Shown: positions 1-12,939, counted from the first letter of the stretch. The stretch is DNA of 64,000 nt from Octopus sinensis (GCF_006345805.1 NC_043025.1:3534001-3598000), one strand, 5' to 3'. Made by a program: numbers and translations. Notes: a model not told the origin generated them from the letters alone.

Positions 1-47
1 TCTCACTTGACGAGGGACTTTTTCTGCTGATTCTTCCTCTGTTGGAT
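1..47 (-). CDS. Putative downstream exon (intracellular C-tail) of the adhesion GPCR; runs off the window edge
   Basis: Minus-strand acceptor TTACAG at 53-48. Splicing from the GTAAGT donor at 163 keeps the frame open (R-N-PTEEESAEKVPRQVR). Intron 116 bp. Confidence 0.45.
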
Positions 48-163
48 CTGTAAGCTATATACATATTTATATACTCTTCTTTTCTTTTACTTGTTTCAGT
101 CATTTGACTGCGGCCATTCTGGAGCACATATGATATGATAATTTTAAAAGCTATCGCACTTAC

Positions 164-552
164 TTCTGCCGGCGGTAATTTTCCATTGATTTATTCTCTT
201 TCTTTCATTTACAAACTCCCTGATGATATTTCTTGTATCTTTCTTGTATATACAATAGAATACGAAGATAAACATTCCTTGAAGTGTATTGAATATAGTA
301 AAAAGATAATCAAACACGTTTGCTGCTTCACTAACAGCGAAGAAAGCAAAGACCCATGTGAGTCCAAGCCAAAACAGCAAACCAAACAGGCCCAAAACAC
401 GTACTTTACTTCTTTCCTGCTCAGATCTCTTATTACTTTGCATCATTATAAGGTGCCAGATAACGAGAGAAGGCATGATAATGTTGAAGATGAGACTGAT
501 CGCAACAGGAGCCAGGAAAGCAGCATAGAAAGATGGTGCGGACAACCAACAG
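164..552 (-). CDS. Adhesion/secretin-class (7tm_2) GPCR exon encoding ECL2 'CWL' through TM5-TM7
   Basis: Translation CWLSAPSFYAAFLAPVAISLIFN...LGLTWVFAFF...FDYLFTIFNTLQGMFIFVFYC matches the hallmark adhesion-GPCR motifs. Polypyrimidine tract + TGTAG acceptor at 553-575; GTAAGT donor at 163-158. Confidence 0.88.
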
Positions 553-792
553 CTACAAAGAAAATAGAAAGGCAATAAAGGAAAGAAATTTGTCAAATGT
601 TCAGTCAATAAAATGAAATATCACAGAAGTATTAAGGGGAAGAGATTTCGATCCAAATCAAAACGAAAACATTTCTCATGTTTGCCACAAATTATGTACG
701 TTAATGAGTAGAACATATTTTTTTGTATGTTACGATATCCAGACACACAGAAACAAAGACATACACGCACACACACATACATTTATACATGC

Positions 793-850
<58 letters not shown>

Positions 851-949
851 CAGCTGAACGGACGCGCACGAAAGGTAAATATATTTTTTAAAACAGTTTA
901 AGTAGTAAGCCTAGTTGATGGCAAAGTGCATGTCATTAGTGTATATATA

Positions 950-1650
950 CTATTAATTTTTCTATCAGTAATTAAAACAGCACAAAGTGAGTTGGTTCTT
1001 TACGTGAAAATCTCTTTGATATCAATTCTACCAACATTTAGTATTGCAAAATCTATCATCTTTCACTGTTACAATTCTTTCATCTTCTTTAAAATCCTCT
1101 CAACTGCTGCTCCTACTGCAGTCATTAGAAGGTGACGCCATCCCACTGTTCACCTTCTTTGTATGATCCTACTTAGTATAATGTTTGCTTACAGTAGTCT
1201 CCATACACTAAACCAAATATTAGGAGAATTATGACAGATCAGAGAACAACTACAAAATAAATAAACAAAATAAATGGCATAACTGAAATTGATTATTGGG
1301 GTTGCTTTGAAATACGCTGCCACAAGCACCGCATCATTCGCATGATGCAGAAAATATGCTACAACGTTGCTTCATCGATCTGCAGGACTTGTTTTGTGCA
1401 TAGCAGTGATACCAATTTTTATGTGCATTGTAGAGGTAGTCAATAATGAAGAGGAATGGATGAAGGAAGGTGGTGAGGTATTTTCATATTTAGCCATTAA
1501 AAGTTTTACTTTAATGTGTTTTAGAGTTGTACAGATTTTCTGGTTGCATGGAGAGACTAACTATGAGTTTCTTTCATAATTTGGTTCTGAAGATGTAAGA
1601 ATGTGCTACAATTCTTTGGCAAAAAGTTCGCAGGATTCCTAGTCACCTTT
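950..1650 (-). mobile_element. Degenerate hAT (Buster/Charlie-like) transposase fragment
   Basis: Broken frames give LQIDEATL, ANDAVLVAAYF and DG-PS-MT, resembling the LQLDEST / DNEALLLAYV / DGAPSMTG motifs. Many stops. Confidence 0.4.
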
Positions 1651-2054
1651 GTACGTTTGTGCGTTTGACAAACGTTTTTTTCAATTAAAGGTTACTCGAA
1701 TATTTCATTAATTTAATGTCCATATATGTTTGGATAGTGAGGTATCATTTTTCATGTCTGTGCCGGGAAAAGTGTGTGTTTGTGTGTGTATGTGTGTGTG
1801 TGTGTATGTGTGTGTACGCACGAGTGCACGTGAGTGCTTCTGACTGCTTGCTTTAAACGGTCTGTGTAGACCTTATCTATATATGTACGTAATAGTTGGT
1901 GTCATGTTCATGCTTATGGTTGTAATATAGATAATATTGCTTGTGAGAAAAATTTCTTTCATATATGTTCGTATGTGTATGTATATAGAAGTATATATAT
2001 ATGTGCGTGCTTGTGTATATATACACGCTTCTTTCAAATATACATACACATATT

Positions 2055-2140
<86 letters not shown>

Positions 2141-2181
2141 AAACAAGTAAATAGAAAATGCTAAAATAATTTTATAGTGAA

Positions 2182-2229
2182 CATTTCAGTACCGGTTTCG
2201 GTCATTTTGAGACCTTTTCAACTGTAACG
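2182..2229 (-). ncRNA. Minimal type-I hammerhead ribozyme (U3-A8 core variant) at the Penelope 3' end
   Basis: Minus strand reads CGUUACAG-UUGAAAA-GGUC(ucaaaau)GACC-GAA-ACCGGU-A-CUGAAAUG: stem I, core, stem II, GAAA, palindromic stem III and a GUA cleavage triplet. Confidence 0.72.
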
Positions 2230-2539
2230 ATTAAATAATTAAATTTAGAAAAATTAGAAGAAAAGTTTTTTTAGGCATTCTGCCTTTCTCTGACTCCCTT
2301 GTTTGCACTTGTGTGTTCGAGGTAGTTGTGTGTTCTTGGTAGGGTAGTAGAGGGAAGGCTGGTGAGGAAAGGGGTGTGGGAGAATCTGGGAGTGCCCTGA
2401 TGGTCGTATTTTGAATGGTCAGTGGCGGCTGGCAGTCTCAGTTCAATTCAGGAGAATATTTATATTGACAGGCTTGTTTATAGAATTAGCGTAGGTGTTA
2501 TACTAAAAAACATTAGTGACAAACTTAAGGGGTAGGGGG

Positions 2540-2760
2540 TGGAGAAGAAGAAGAAGGAGAAGGAGAAGGAGAAGATGACGATGATGGTGATGGTGGTGAT
2601 GATTATGACGACGATGATGATGATAAAGATGATGATGAAGAAGAAGAAGAAGAAGAAGGAGGAGAAGGAGAAGATGGTGGTGATGATGGTGGCGATGATG
2701 ATGATAACGATGATGATGAAGAAGAAGAGGAAGAAGAAGAAGAAGAAAAAAACAGAGAAG
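2540..2760. repeat. (GAA)/(GAT)/(GGT) trinucleotide mosaic
   Basis: Directly visible purine-rich repeat. Confidence 0.9.
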
Positions 2761-5700
2761 GGAGAATATGAATGGGTGTAAATATAGCTATGAAGGGGCT
2801 GATTAGTAATGGATTCTATGGAGTGTAGTATTTGTGTGTGTATATATATTTTTTTTCTTTTATTCTAAAGTTGAGGTATATTAATTGTTTGTCGTAGACC
2901 CGTTAAGAAGTGGCTTGTATTTTGTAATAAAGAGATTTTCTTTACTTATTCGTTGTCTCGAGGTTGTATCGTTCCTAAATTGGTAGAGGGGGAAAATTCT
3001 GAAGTTTGGTGCTTTTTTGTTGGCGCAAGTATCTATGTGTTGTCTAAAAGCTATTTTTCTGTTTTGGGGAATTTTTATCTGGGATCTGTGCGGGGCCATT
3101 CGTTTACGCAAACCATTTTTTGTTTGGCCTATGTACTGCTCTTGACACCCGGAGCAGGTTAGTGAGTATATTAGGTTCTCCGAAGCACATGTGAAGTTGC
3201 TTTTCACTGTAAAACGTTGTCCCTGTTTGAAGGAGAACTCAGAACCCTCGATTAGATAGTCGCATATCCCGCAATTGGGTCTTCCACATTTTTTTACTGT
3301 CGGCTTCTGTGTTGAAGAGTGAATTCGGGCTTGTGTAAGGAGACTTTTCATGGATCTAGGCTGTCTTTTGCTTTTTATGATCGTGTGTGTTTGGAGGATT
3401 GTGTTCATTCTGTGGTCTTTTTTTAGGAGGGGTATGTTGTGGAGGATGGTGTCGAAGGCTTCGTTATTGAGAGGGTTGTGTGTGGAGATGTATGGTAAGG
3501 CTTTTGGTTGTAAGTTTTTCTTTGATTTGGGATGTCTCAGTTCCTTGATGTTAAGTTGAAGGGCACGTTGAATGCATTTTTCAATAAGTGAAGGTGGATA
3601 GTTCCTGGTGATTAGGGTATCTTTTAGTTCTTGTAGTCGTGTGTCTCTGGTGTTTGCGTTAGAGACTATAGTGCATATCCTTTTTGCTAGATTGAAGGGG
3701 ATATTCATCCTGGTGGTCTGGGGTGGCATGAATTGAATGGAAGATATTGCTTAGAGTCTGTAGGCTTATAGTATATGTCTGTTTCTATTATATTATTAGC
3801 TTTCTTAATGAGGATATCGAGGAAGGGGAGTTGTTGTTGGCTATATTCCATCGTGAATTGGATGTTTACGTCCAGTCCGTTTAAAATTTTCTGGAATTCT
3901 ATGAGTTTTTCTATATTTTTATGCCAAAGGATGAAACAGTCATCTAGATATCTCTTCCAGTTGTTTTCTATGTAGATGGAGAAAGGGCTGCCATATCTTT
4001 CTAGAACCTTACGATACAGACTGATCTCTAGGTATCCTATGACTAGGTTGGCAAAGGAGGGGGCCATTCGTGTACCCATCGCAGTCCCCGATTTTTGTCG
4101 GTAGAAGTTGTCATTGAAGGCGAAGAAGTTATTTTCCAGGATGAATTTAACCCCTTCTATCACAAATTCTTTTTTGATGCGGTGTGGTAGTTCGTTGGCG
4201 TGATTCTCTAGCCAGAATTGGATTGCCTCTAGTCCTAGGTTGTGGGGGATATTGGAGTAGAGGTTGACTACATCGAAGGATACCAGTATGGTGTTTTTGT
4301 TTATAGTATTCGGTAGGTGATTGAGCATATCTAAGTCGTCCCTTATATAGCGTTTGACATGTTTGAGGAGTGGTTTTAACAGGGTGTCTAAAAAGTTACT
4401 GAGGCGGTGGGTTTCGCATGCGGGACCTGCTATTATGGGTCTCAATTTGAGGTAATTAGGATTAGGGACTTTAATTATTTTGTCTGTAGCTATCTTGCAT
4501 GCGTTGCTTATTTTTTCACTTTTGTGGATCTTAGGTATACCGTAGAATTGGCTAGTTTTACTTGTGAAATTGGTCATATAATCATATTCTTTGTCGGTTA
4601 GCCCTGCTTTGTATGGGTTTAATATGGATTTTAGTTCCCTCATTATTTTTTGTTGACTGTAGTTTTGTGCCTTTTCATAGTATGTTGTGTCTTCCAGCAT
4701 AGAAAGTACCAAAGTTATGTAAAATGTCGTATCCATTAAGACAACAGCACTCCCTTTATCGGCCTCTTTGATTGTTATTGTTTTATCTAGTTTTAATTTG
4801 TTCAACTCAGCCCTTTCTTTTTTGCTGAAGTTTGGTTTGTGTTTTTGTTTGTGCATATGTTGATATGGATAATTTGATATGTGGTCACAGAAATCATCAA
4901 GTGTTTTATTCTTACCTTTCGAGGGGGTGTAGTTACTCCTATTTCTGGCTAACGATTCGTCCTCGTTGTATTTATCGTATAGCTCCTCAGTAAGTCTTAA
5001 TTTTCTGCAGAATTCTGCGATGTCTTCTTTCATTTCATTGTAGTTGGGGTGTTGTGGGGTGGGTGTAAACTTGAGTCCTTTGGAAAGTATGTTTATTTGG
5101 TTTGCTGTTAGTTCCTTGTGAGTTAGATTAATAATTTTTATTACTTTTGGTTCCTCCTGCTTGTTTGGTGCTATCTTGTGTCTCTGTGTTTGCGTATTGG
5201 GTCTAAAAAATGAATGCGGTGGTTGGGACGGTAGCTAGTATATAGTTGTTCTTTGTTGATTAGGGGTCTCCTGTTGTGATTTATGGTGTGTGTTCTTGGA
5301 GCAGTATTGAGGAGAGCATCCCGATATCCCATATTCGGGTGTGGTGTTCTAGGAGGCCTTCGTTGGTAATTATTGCAAGTGGTGTGGGTTTGTTGTGCAT
5401 GGTTGTTTAACCGGTTAATGGGACGAAGATTTCGTTGGTAACCCCTTTGGGTGGGGATGAGGTTGCAGTGTCTATGCTGTGGGTGTTGATTTATCCTTTC
5501 TCTGCTTGAAGTGGGGGTATTCCTGATATTGTATCACTGGCTGCTTACAGAGTTAGGGTTAGGTCCTGTATTCTTTTTTTGATAGTAGTGAAGGTTCCGA
5601 TTTTTAGACAGGTGTGTATCGGTGTTTGGGTGTTGTTTTGGTTTTCTTATTTTCTGGAAAGGGTTGTTGGAGGCGTGCTCTGTTTGAAAGACGGCTTCAT

Positions 5701-6044
5701 AGTCTGAGAACCAAGTGGCGCTTTCCTCCCAGCGTTGGAGAGATTTTAGTTCTTCTTTTTCACAGTCCTCTATATATATATATATATATATATAGGCCTA
5801 GTCCAGTACATGACATTGAAAAGTCATAACAAAGAAGGAACATCGTTATTTGTCGCTCTGAGAAGGGAACTCATGTCTCGTTTGCCTATGACTTACTTTT
5901 CAGGTGTTTTACACCGGCCGTATTGAGAATAAATTCTCTTGAGTATCATAAATGCAGTCGAACCACGAGCTAGCAACACGCCCGTTGCGTGAGTGTTTGA
6001 TTTGTATACATACATACTTACATACATACATACATGCATATATT

Positions 6045-6146
<102 letters not shown>

Positions 6147-6699
6147 ATATATATATATATATATATATACACGAGAAAAACGCTCCCCGTCCAACGGACG
6201 GTGCTGAGTTGTCAAGCATTTAAACCAAATTTTCTCAAAACAACTTGTCCGACCGTCCCATAGGCCTCCCCTTTGAGAAACACTGGTTTAATCTAAATTT
6301 CAGAAATTTAGAAAAAAAAAGAAATAAAGATAGACTTTTTTTTACTATTCCAAAAAAAGAGACCGATTTTTTTCACACAAATATGCAACCGAAGAGTTTA
6401 AAGTACCAGTAATGATAAGGCTGTTGACTGGGAGGACACAAACATGGTTTAAACAGTAAGCTTGGCAGGAAAGAAACGTGCCTTTAAGCAGTACAAATGG
6501 TTAGGGGAGGTAAATCTAGATGGAAAAGCATGATGATCTTTTTGTGCAAACTGCACGTGCATTTTTCATGAAATTTGAAATTAATAATAGCAGCGTAAAA
6601 TTATTTAACTAAATTAACTAATTAATTAATCAATTAATTAACAATTTTACTAAGTAGATCGGTAAGTTAACATAACCTTTATAGGTAAAAATTATCCAC

Positions 6700-7230
6700 A
6701 TAATTATAATTAGGGTTTAGCTAACTGCTTCACCACAGACAAAAATTATAAATAGTAGTTGAAAATCCCTTTTCTGCTACTATAAGAAATCCATGACGGT
6801 AAACATACTTTTTTACGAAGACAAAGAGAAGAACAATGAATAAACAGGACCAGGATTAATTACAGGTGGGTATAGAGTTTGAATAGTGTATTCGCATTCG
6901 GCTCTGTAAAATTTGGAAGTGTTGGTTGGATATCTGTTACATTATGACGCTCGATTGTGTACATATTCAACCCTAGCACTTTCAAATTTTATAACAATTG
7001 TAAATATTATACTGAAGACAGAAGTAATAAAAATTAAAATTACTTTAATCTCGAAACGCGCGTATATAATGAAACCTGGTCGTCTTGATTCATTGTTTTT
7101 CTCTTTGCCTTCGCAAAAAAGTATGTTTACCGTCATGGAGATACTTATAGTAGCTGAAAAGGAATTTTCAACTCCTATTTCTAATTTCGGTATGTGGTGA
7201 AGCAGTTAGTTGAATCCTAATTAAAATTAT
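6700..7230. mobile_element. MITE/foldback element with ~160 bp imperfect terminal inverted repeats
   Basis: 6700-6865 is the reverse complement of ~7060-7230 (e.g. ccatgacggtaaacatactttt / aaaagtatgtttaccgtcatgg). Confidence 0.75.
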
Positions 7231-7616
7231 ACATACATATATACATACATACATACATACATACATACATACATACATACAACCATATATACATACATAC
7301 ATACATATATACATACATACATACCACCATATATACATACATACATATATACATACATACAACCATATATACATACATACATACATACATACTTACATAC
7401 ATACAACCATATATATATACATGGATGAATGAATTATCCTTTGTTTACCATTAACATGGAAAATTTAATAAACAGTTACCAGAGTAGCAAAATTCACGCA
7501 AGTAACAAGGATGTAGCGACCTATTCAAAGGTAGAAACTCCGGGTTAAAGCGCAGTAATTTGCATAGCATAAGTAAATAAATGGATTTGAAAGCAAGTGT
7601 TATTCAAATTCTTTTA

Positions 7617-7702
7617 CTTTCGACATATGTTTCGAAGACAACAATGGCTATATTCCAAAGGAATAAACGGTGTAAAATAATGTAATCTTCTTATCAGGAA
7701 AG
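7617..7702 (-). ncRNA. Hammerhead ribozyme motif with long loop II (core CUGAUAA, probably decayed)
   Basis: Minus strand reads CUUUC-CUGAUAA-GAAGA(~46 nt)UCUUC-GAA-ACAUAUGU-C-GAAAG: perfect 5-bp stems I and II, palindromic stem III, GUC site. Confidence 0.65.
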
Positions 7703-7749
7703 AAAGAGAACCTATATCAACAACAAGACATTATAATAATTTTGATGAC

Positions 7750-8145
<396 letters not shown>

Positions 8146-8173
8146 AATTCCTCACTTCTTAAATATAGAACTT

Positions 8174-8346
8174 GTTTATTGTTGTTCTTATTTTATATTA
8201 TGTCCACTGTCTGGAAAGCTTTCTTCACACATCTGTGACCTCTACAGTGGACTCATCTATTCATGTGTATCTTCCAGAGGAGGATGCACGTGGGACAAAA
8301 GATTTCCAGACAATGGACATTAGATAAAATAAGAACAATAATAAAC
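8174..8346. repeat. Small inverted-repeat element (MITE-like hairpin)
   Basis: Arms of ~44 bp (gtttattgttgttcttattttat..tgtccactgtctggaaa / tttccagacaatggaca..ataaaataagaacaataataaac) around a ~85 bp loop. Confidence 0.7.
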
Positions 8347-8724
8347 GAATGAAAAATAATATGTATAGTGCGTGTGTTTATTTGGCAAAAAAATATGACC
8401 GTCCCGAAATATAACAAACTCTGTACATAACTTCTTGCATACATATATACAGACATACATAAATTCATAAATATATAAACATACATGCATTCAAACACAT
8501 TTTCATGTGTACACATAAACATACATTCACAAATCTATAACTCCTTACATTCCTAGCCACATACGTATATTCATATACACACATATACAGAAATATAGAC
8601 ATGTTTGTACACATCGCTACACACACATTTCAAGACCTGAATAAAAAGAACGAAACAAAGAAAAAATAAAGAAAAAAAATAAACGGAAAATCAAAAACAT
8701 AGAACAGGGAAAATTCCTTAAATG

Positions 8725-8744
8725 TAGTGGTAGTAGTGGTGGTA

Positions 8745-8807
<63 letters not shown>

Positions 8808-8909
8808 ATGGTGGAGGTGGTGCTGGTGGTGCTGGTAGTAGTAGTGGTAGTAGTAGCAGTAGTAGTTTTATTATTAGTAGTAATAACGATGGTGGTGGTA
8901 GTAGTAGTG

Positions 8910-8946
<37 letters not shown>

Positions 8947-8952
8947 CAGCAT

Positions 8953-9014
<62 letters not shown>
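8725..9014. repeat. (GTA)n/(GTG)n microsatellite
   Basis: Directly visible. Confidence 0.92.
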
Positions 9015-9015
<1 letters not shown>

Positions 9016-9200
9016 AGTTCGATTCTTAGCAGTGACGTAAATAATATAAATAAATATCGAAAAACACCTTAGGAATGAGGACGCAGGTTCGAAATTTCCC
9101 CAAGACACCTGATGAAGGCTGGAGGGTATATCAGCCGAAATGTTATGTTAACAACAAAAAAGATGGAAATAAATACCTGTCAACTGTAAATAATGTGTCA
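9015..9200 (+). mobile_element. SINE-like element, copy 2 (B-box + short AAT + hammerhead tail)
   Basis: GAGTTCGATTC at 9015-9025, then agcagtgac and atcgaaaaacacctt, then GACAC-CTGATGA-a-GGCTG..CAGCC-GAA-ATGT-T-ATGTT (9104-9149). Confidence 0.7.
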
Positions 9201-9426
9201 GTTTAGATGTGATGAGGGAAGCTATAGAATGGAAAGTATTGTTCAATGTCACCATTGCTGCAACTCCAATTAATTGGACTTCATTTGCGCAAATAGAGAG
9301 AAGGATTTGTGTCAATGTTATGACTTTGTTTCCTTTTGACATTTGATAGCCGTTACTTTTAGCTTACTTTACAGGTAAATCGCACCTAATTACCTTTACA
9401 GTTGTTAATCCAGTGTCAATTTTAAC

Positions 9427-9810
9427 ATGGTGTACAAACACAAACATTTTCACCACATTTTGCTTTTTCATTTCCATAAAGGCAACAGAGCTGCCGAGGC
9501 CTACAAAGAAACACGTGAAGTTCATGGTGTGGATTGCTTAACAAAACGCACATGTCAGAAATGGTTTCAAAAATTCCGTTCAGCAGATTTTTCACTCAAA
9601 GATGACCAATGCTCTGGTCGACTTACTGGAGTCGATGATGACCGAATCGAAGCCATTCTATCACACAACTGAAAATCGCTTGAAATGTCTTGGACTCGTG
9701 AAGAAGCTCGATATTTCGGTTCCCCTTGGCTTGAAAGAAATTCACTCAACAGAACAAATCAATATTTGCCATATGCATCTCAAACCCAATGAAATCGATT
9801 CTTGAGATGA
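9427..9810 (+). mobile_element. Mariner transposase N-terminal (HTH) relic
   Basis: HFHHILLFHFHKG..AAEA...VHG...KRTCQKWFQKFRSADFSLKDD..SGR matches the Mos1-type HTH; later GLVKKLDISVPLGL. Confidence 0.85.
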
Positions 9811-10439
9811 TACAGAGAAACGCCCCAAGACATGGCCACATCAAAAGAGAACTTATTCTGTGAACGTTGCAGACGGGAATTTTGCTATCAAGGGAGATCA
9901 CTCTCAAAAGATATGTTGGGAATTACCTCCCTTAGAGAACGGTGTTATAACGCCAGCACGGATATATGTCGGTGTGACAGTGTGTACGTGTGTGCGCGCG
10001 CGTGTGTATGTTTATATATCGAACAGTAACAGTTCGTATACAAATAAATATATGTATAGCAAGCTAAGCTAGATACACACATAATTTTATCGTAGTCACA
10101 TAAATTCGTCCATATTTTTCACCATTTATGTTAATCCTTATTGATTTCATCCACGATTTCATCAAATCAGTTCACAATATTGGGTCATCCCATAAATCAT
10201 TCGTTTTTCTTCAATTGCATGAAAAGTCGGAGGGGGACAGGATAAACTACCCGCATCAATTTGCTATAAAAGCAGGTAGTAATTTTACCTTGTACTTATT
10301 CTTAGTGCAAGGAATGGAATCTGAAGGAGCCGGCCATAAGTGTAATGGGAAAAGTGATGAGGATGGTGAGATTTATCACAGCATAGTAGAATGGTTTACA
10401 ATGTCTATAAGGATTGCTGGAAGCTACTCTATCGGGTGT

Positions 10440-10800
10440 GGAGGGTCCTACATATGACCTGGAGGAGACGATAGGTTACCCAGTCACATACATACATCGA
10501 AGGGATGAATATACCGAAGGAGACAAGGGCCGAGATTATCAACCTATGTCGAGTCATCCCCTTGCTCAGTGTAGAAAGCAAGATTCTCTTAGACATTGTG
10601 TCTGAGTGACCCTCCAACTTTCTGCTAAAGAACGATTGTATAGACAGGGTTTTACGGAAGGGAGTCATACTGAGCTGGGTGTCACTGTTTTCCCTGTGTA
10701 TTTGGTTTAACAAGGGATCAAAGAAAGTCAGACGGGACCTGGCTGTATTGGGGTGAGATTTATTTAAACGCTTTTGACTCCATAACACAGAGCTTGATTT
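10440..10800 (+). mobile_element. RT fragment of an R2/HERO-like (RLE-type) LINE
   Basis: Broken frames resemble RPISLLNVEGKI...YID..QKG...DL.V.W.DL.NAF.SI.H. Confidence 0.5.
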
Positions 10801-11689
10801 TTAACTTTCTACCAACACAAAGCTTTTAAATTGTCGAGAACTGAAATTCCTTCTATGTCTCTGTCTTATATCTGCCTTCGAATCGTTTGCTGCCGTCTTT
10901 ATCCGATGTCTATAGAAAACGGCTTGTCTTGCTGAGTTCATCTCACATCCATTTCATCGTGTTGAATTCGACCGAAGAAAACGAAGCCATTTGACGTTGA
11001 TTAGGTCTGATGACGTCGACTGGCAAGGTTTGAGGTGGTCAGCGTTCGCGTCTAGGAAACGTCGCTTAAGAGGAAACCCTGGGATGCTATAGAGAATAAT
11101 TTGCTGGGGTCGGCGGATAAAACAGTTCTCTATACAAAGCTTCACTACACGACTCCACACATCGGATGGCAAATCGTGTCGCTGGTGAGAAGAGACTCAA
11201 TAAATCACAGTGTTTTTGCTCTTCTGACGATTTTCCATGAAGATCGCTTTTAATTGCATGAAAATTCATAGAAAATTGAAGGATTCTTTAAGAAACACTT
11301 AGAAGAACTTTTCTAATATGCAGTAATTTTTCATGCTAGAAACAGAAGCCAAATTCCCTTTGTTTTTCGTGTAAAAACTGAAGAATATTCAGAAGCATTT
11401 ATGAAAAGAAATTGACCTATTTATGGTGTCACCAGATTCTTAAAACGGCAAGTAAAAATTGAAGGACACTAAGAATAATCTATAAACAATATTTGCCTAC
11501 AGGTGACCTAGAATCATGCTGAAAATAACAGTCAATTACTCTGACTTTTGCGTTGTTTTACACATAAAAATTTAAGAAGTATTTTTTTCTTTTACTAGAA
11601 ATGTTGCTCATTGATGGTGACAACTGAAGGACACTTTACGAAGCATTTCTAAAATCTAGAGCAAAGAAGTCCCACGTAACACAGAAATG

Positions 11690-12000
11690 GAGGACGGGGT
11701 GACTCGAGAAAATATAATAATTATGGATAAGAAAGTAGAAATGATAACCAAGAAAACACCAAACTGGAAAACCTTAGGATCAGATGGTACAGAGGGCTTC
11801 CAGTTCCAAAATCTCCCAAGTATACGCAGCCATATTCGAACGGTTTTTATTGACTGCAAAGAAAATAGAACGCCAACATGGATAACAAAATTGATGGTGT
11901 GTACTGATAGAGAAGGACAAAGAAAAGCAGAAAGGAAGCCAGCGATTATAGACCCATTACTTGCTGACCATTACTCTGGACATTAGTAAGTAACGTCAGA
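11690..12000 (+). mobile_element. R4/Dong-like LINE RT N-terminal fragment
   Basis: KKTPNWKTLGSDGTEGF.F.NL.SI...P.W.TK, similar to the NWKAPGPDG motif. Confidence 0.65.
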
Positions 12001-12908
12001 AGATGAAGTATATAGGGTGGGACCATCTAATTGAAGAACGCTAGTATAATAATGGTAAAATGGAATTGTTTTTATATATTCAAGTTGTCAATTGTGAATT
12101 AAGATGTATATGAAATTAACAAAAATTTCAGGAGCTTTAATATGGTGAACAAACTTACAGCGAAACATTCAACATATAAATATAAAATTAAAAATAAACA
12201 TTATTTTGTGTAATTTAAGAATGATTTGCAAAGTTTTTTTTTTGCTTTATTGACTAACATAAAGGTAAGGTAAATTTGACTTCTGTTTGTAGCATGAAAA
12301 ATTACCACATATTAGAAAAGACCTTTTAAGTGATTCTTAAAGAGTCCTTCAATTTTAAAGTTACCTAATAGTTATGATGGGTAAGAGAACGAGCTGAATG
12401 GCACCACGAACCTTGACAGAAGCTACATCAGACCTACGAGATTTCGATTGATGCAGTGACCAGCGCTGTCGCCCGACCTAAATACCATCGAAAATTCATG
12501 GTAAAGGTGGGGTAGCGCTTTGAAAAGTATTAAGACAGAATTTTTTAAAAACAATTTTAGCCGAAAGTGGGAAAATATCTCCGCAACAGTGATAAATGAC
12601 CTGAACATCTCTATGTTTCGCAGATGCAAATCTGTATTAAGTAATTTTGGGTTCCCAAAATACTGACTCTGTGATTTTATTGGTTTTTAGGGATCTCAGG
12701 ATGAATTTTAAAAGCAAACAAATCATAAAATATGAAATGTTACATGTTGTCCTTAAGTTAAATGGTACTCTAAATTATGATAATTAAGATTTATTTTTAA
12801 TCTAAAATTAACATATTGATGTTACGCTGTAAAGCTGTATACCCTATTAAAGCTCATAAGAGTTTCTTTAATTAGATATACAAATTAATTCACAATTTAC
12901 AAGTTGAT

Positions 12909-12939
<31 letters not shown>

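Larger units (their letters stand above)
2160..5780 (-). mobile_element. Penelope-like retroelement (RT + GIY-YIG endonuclease), nearly intact
   Basis: ORF 5033-3705 has SFDVVNLYSNIP, GTAMGTRMAPSFANL and RYLDDCF. ORF 3729-2881 has LIYSLTC..C..QYIGQT (GIY-YIG). Frameshift near 3710-3729. 3' end carries a hammerhead motif. Confidence 0.93.

Noticed and set aside
135-578. 147 aa plus-strand ORF
   Set aside because: Antisense shadow of the GPCR exon; no motifs of its own.
10128-10457. 109 aa ORF, and a minus-strand hydrophobic stretch (KPFYYAVINLTILITF) faintly like a Cys-loop TM1
   Set aside because: Surrounded by stops, with no splice signals or further motifs.
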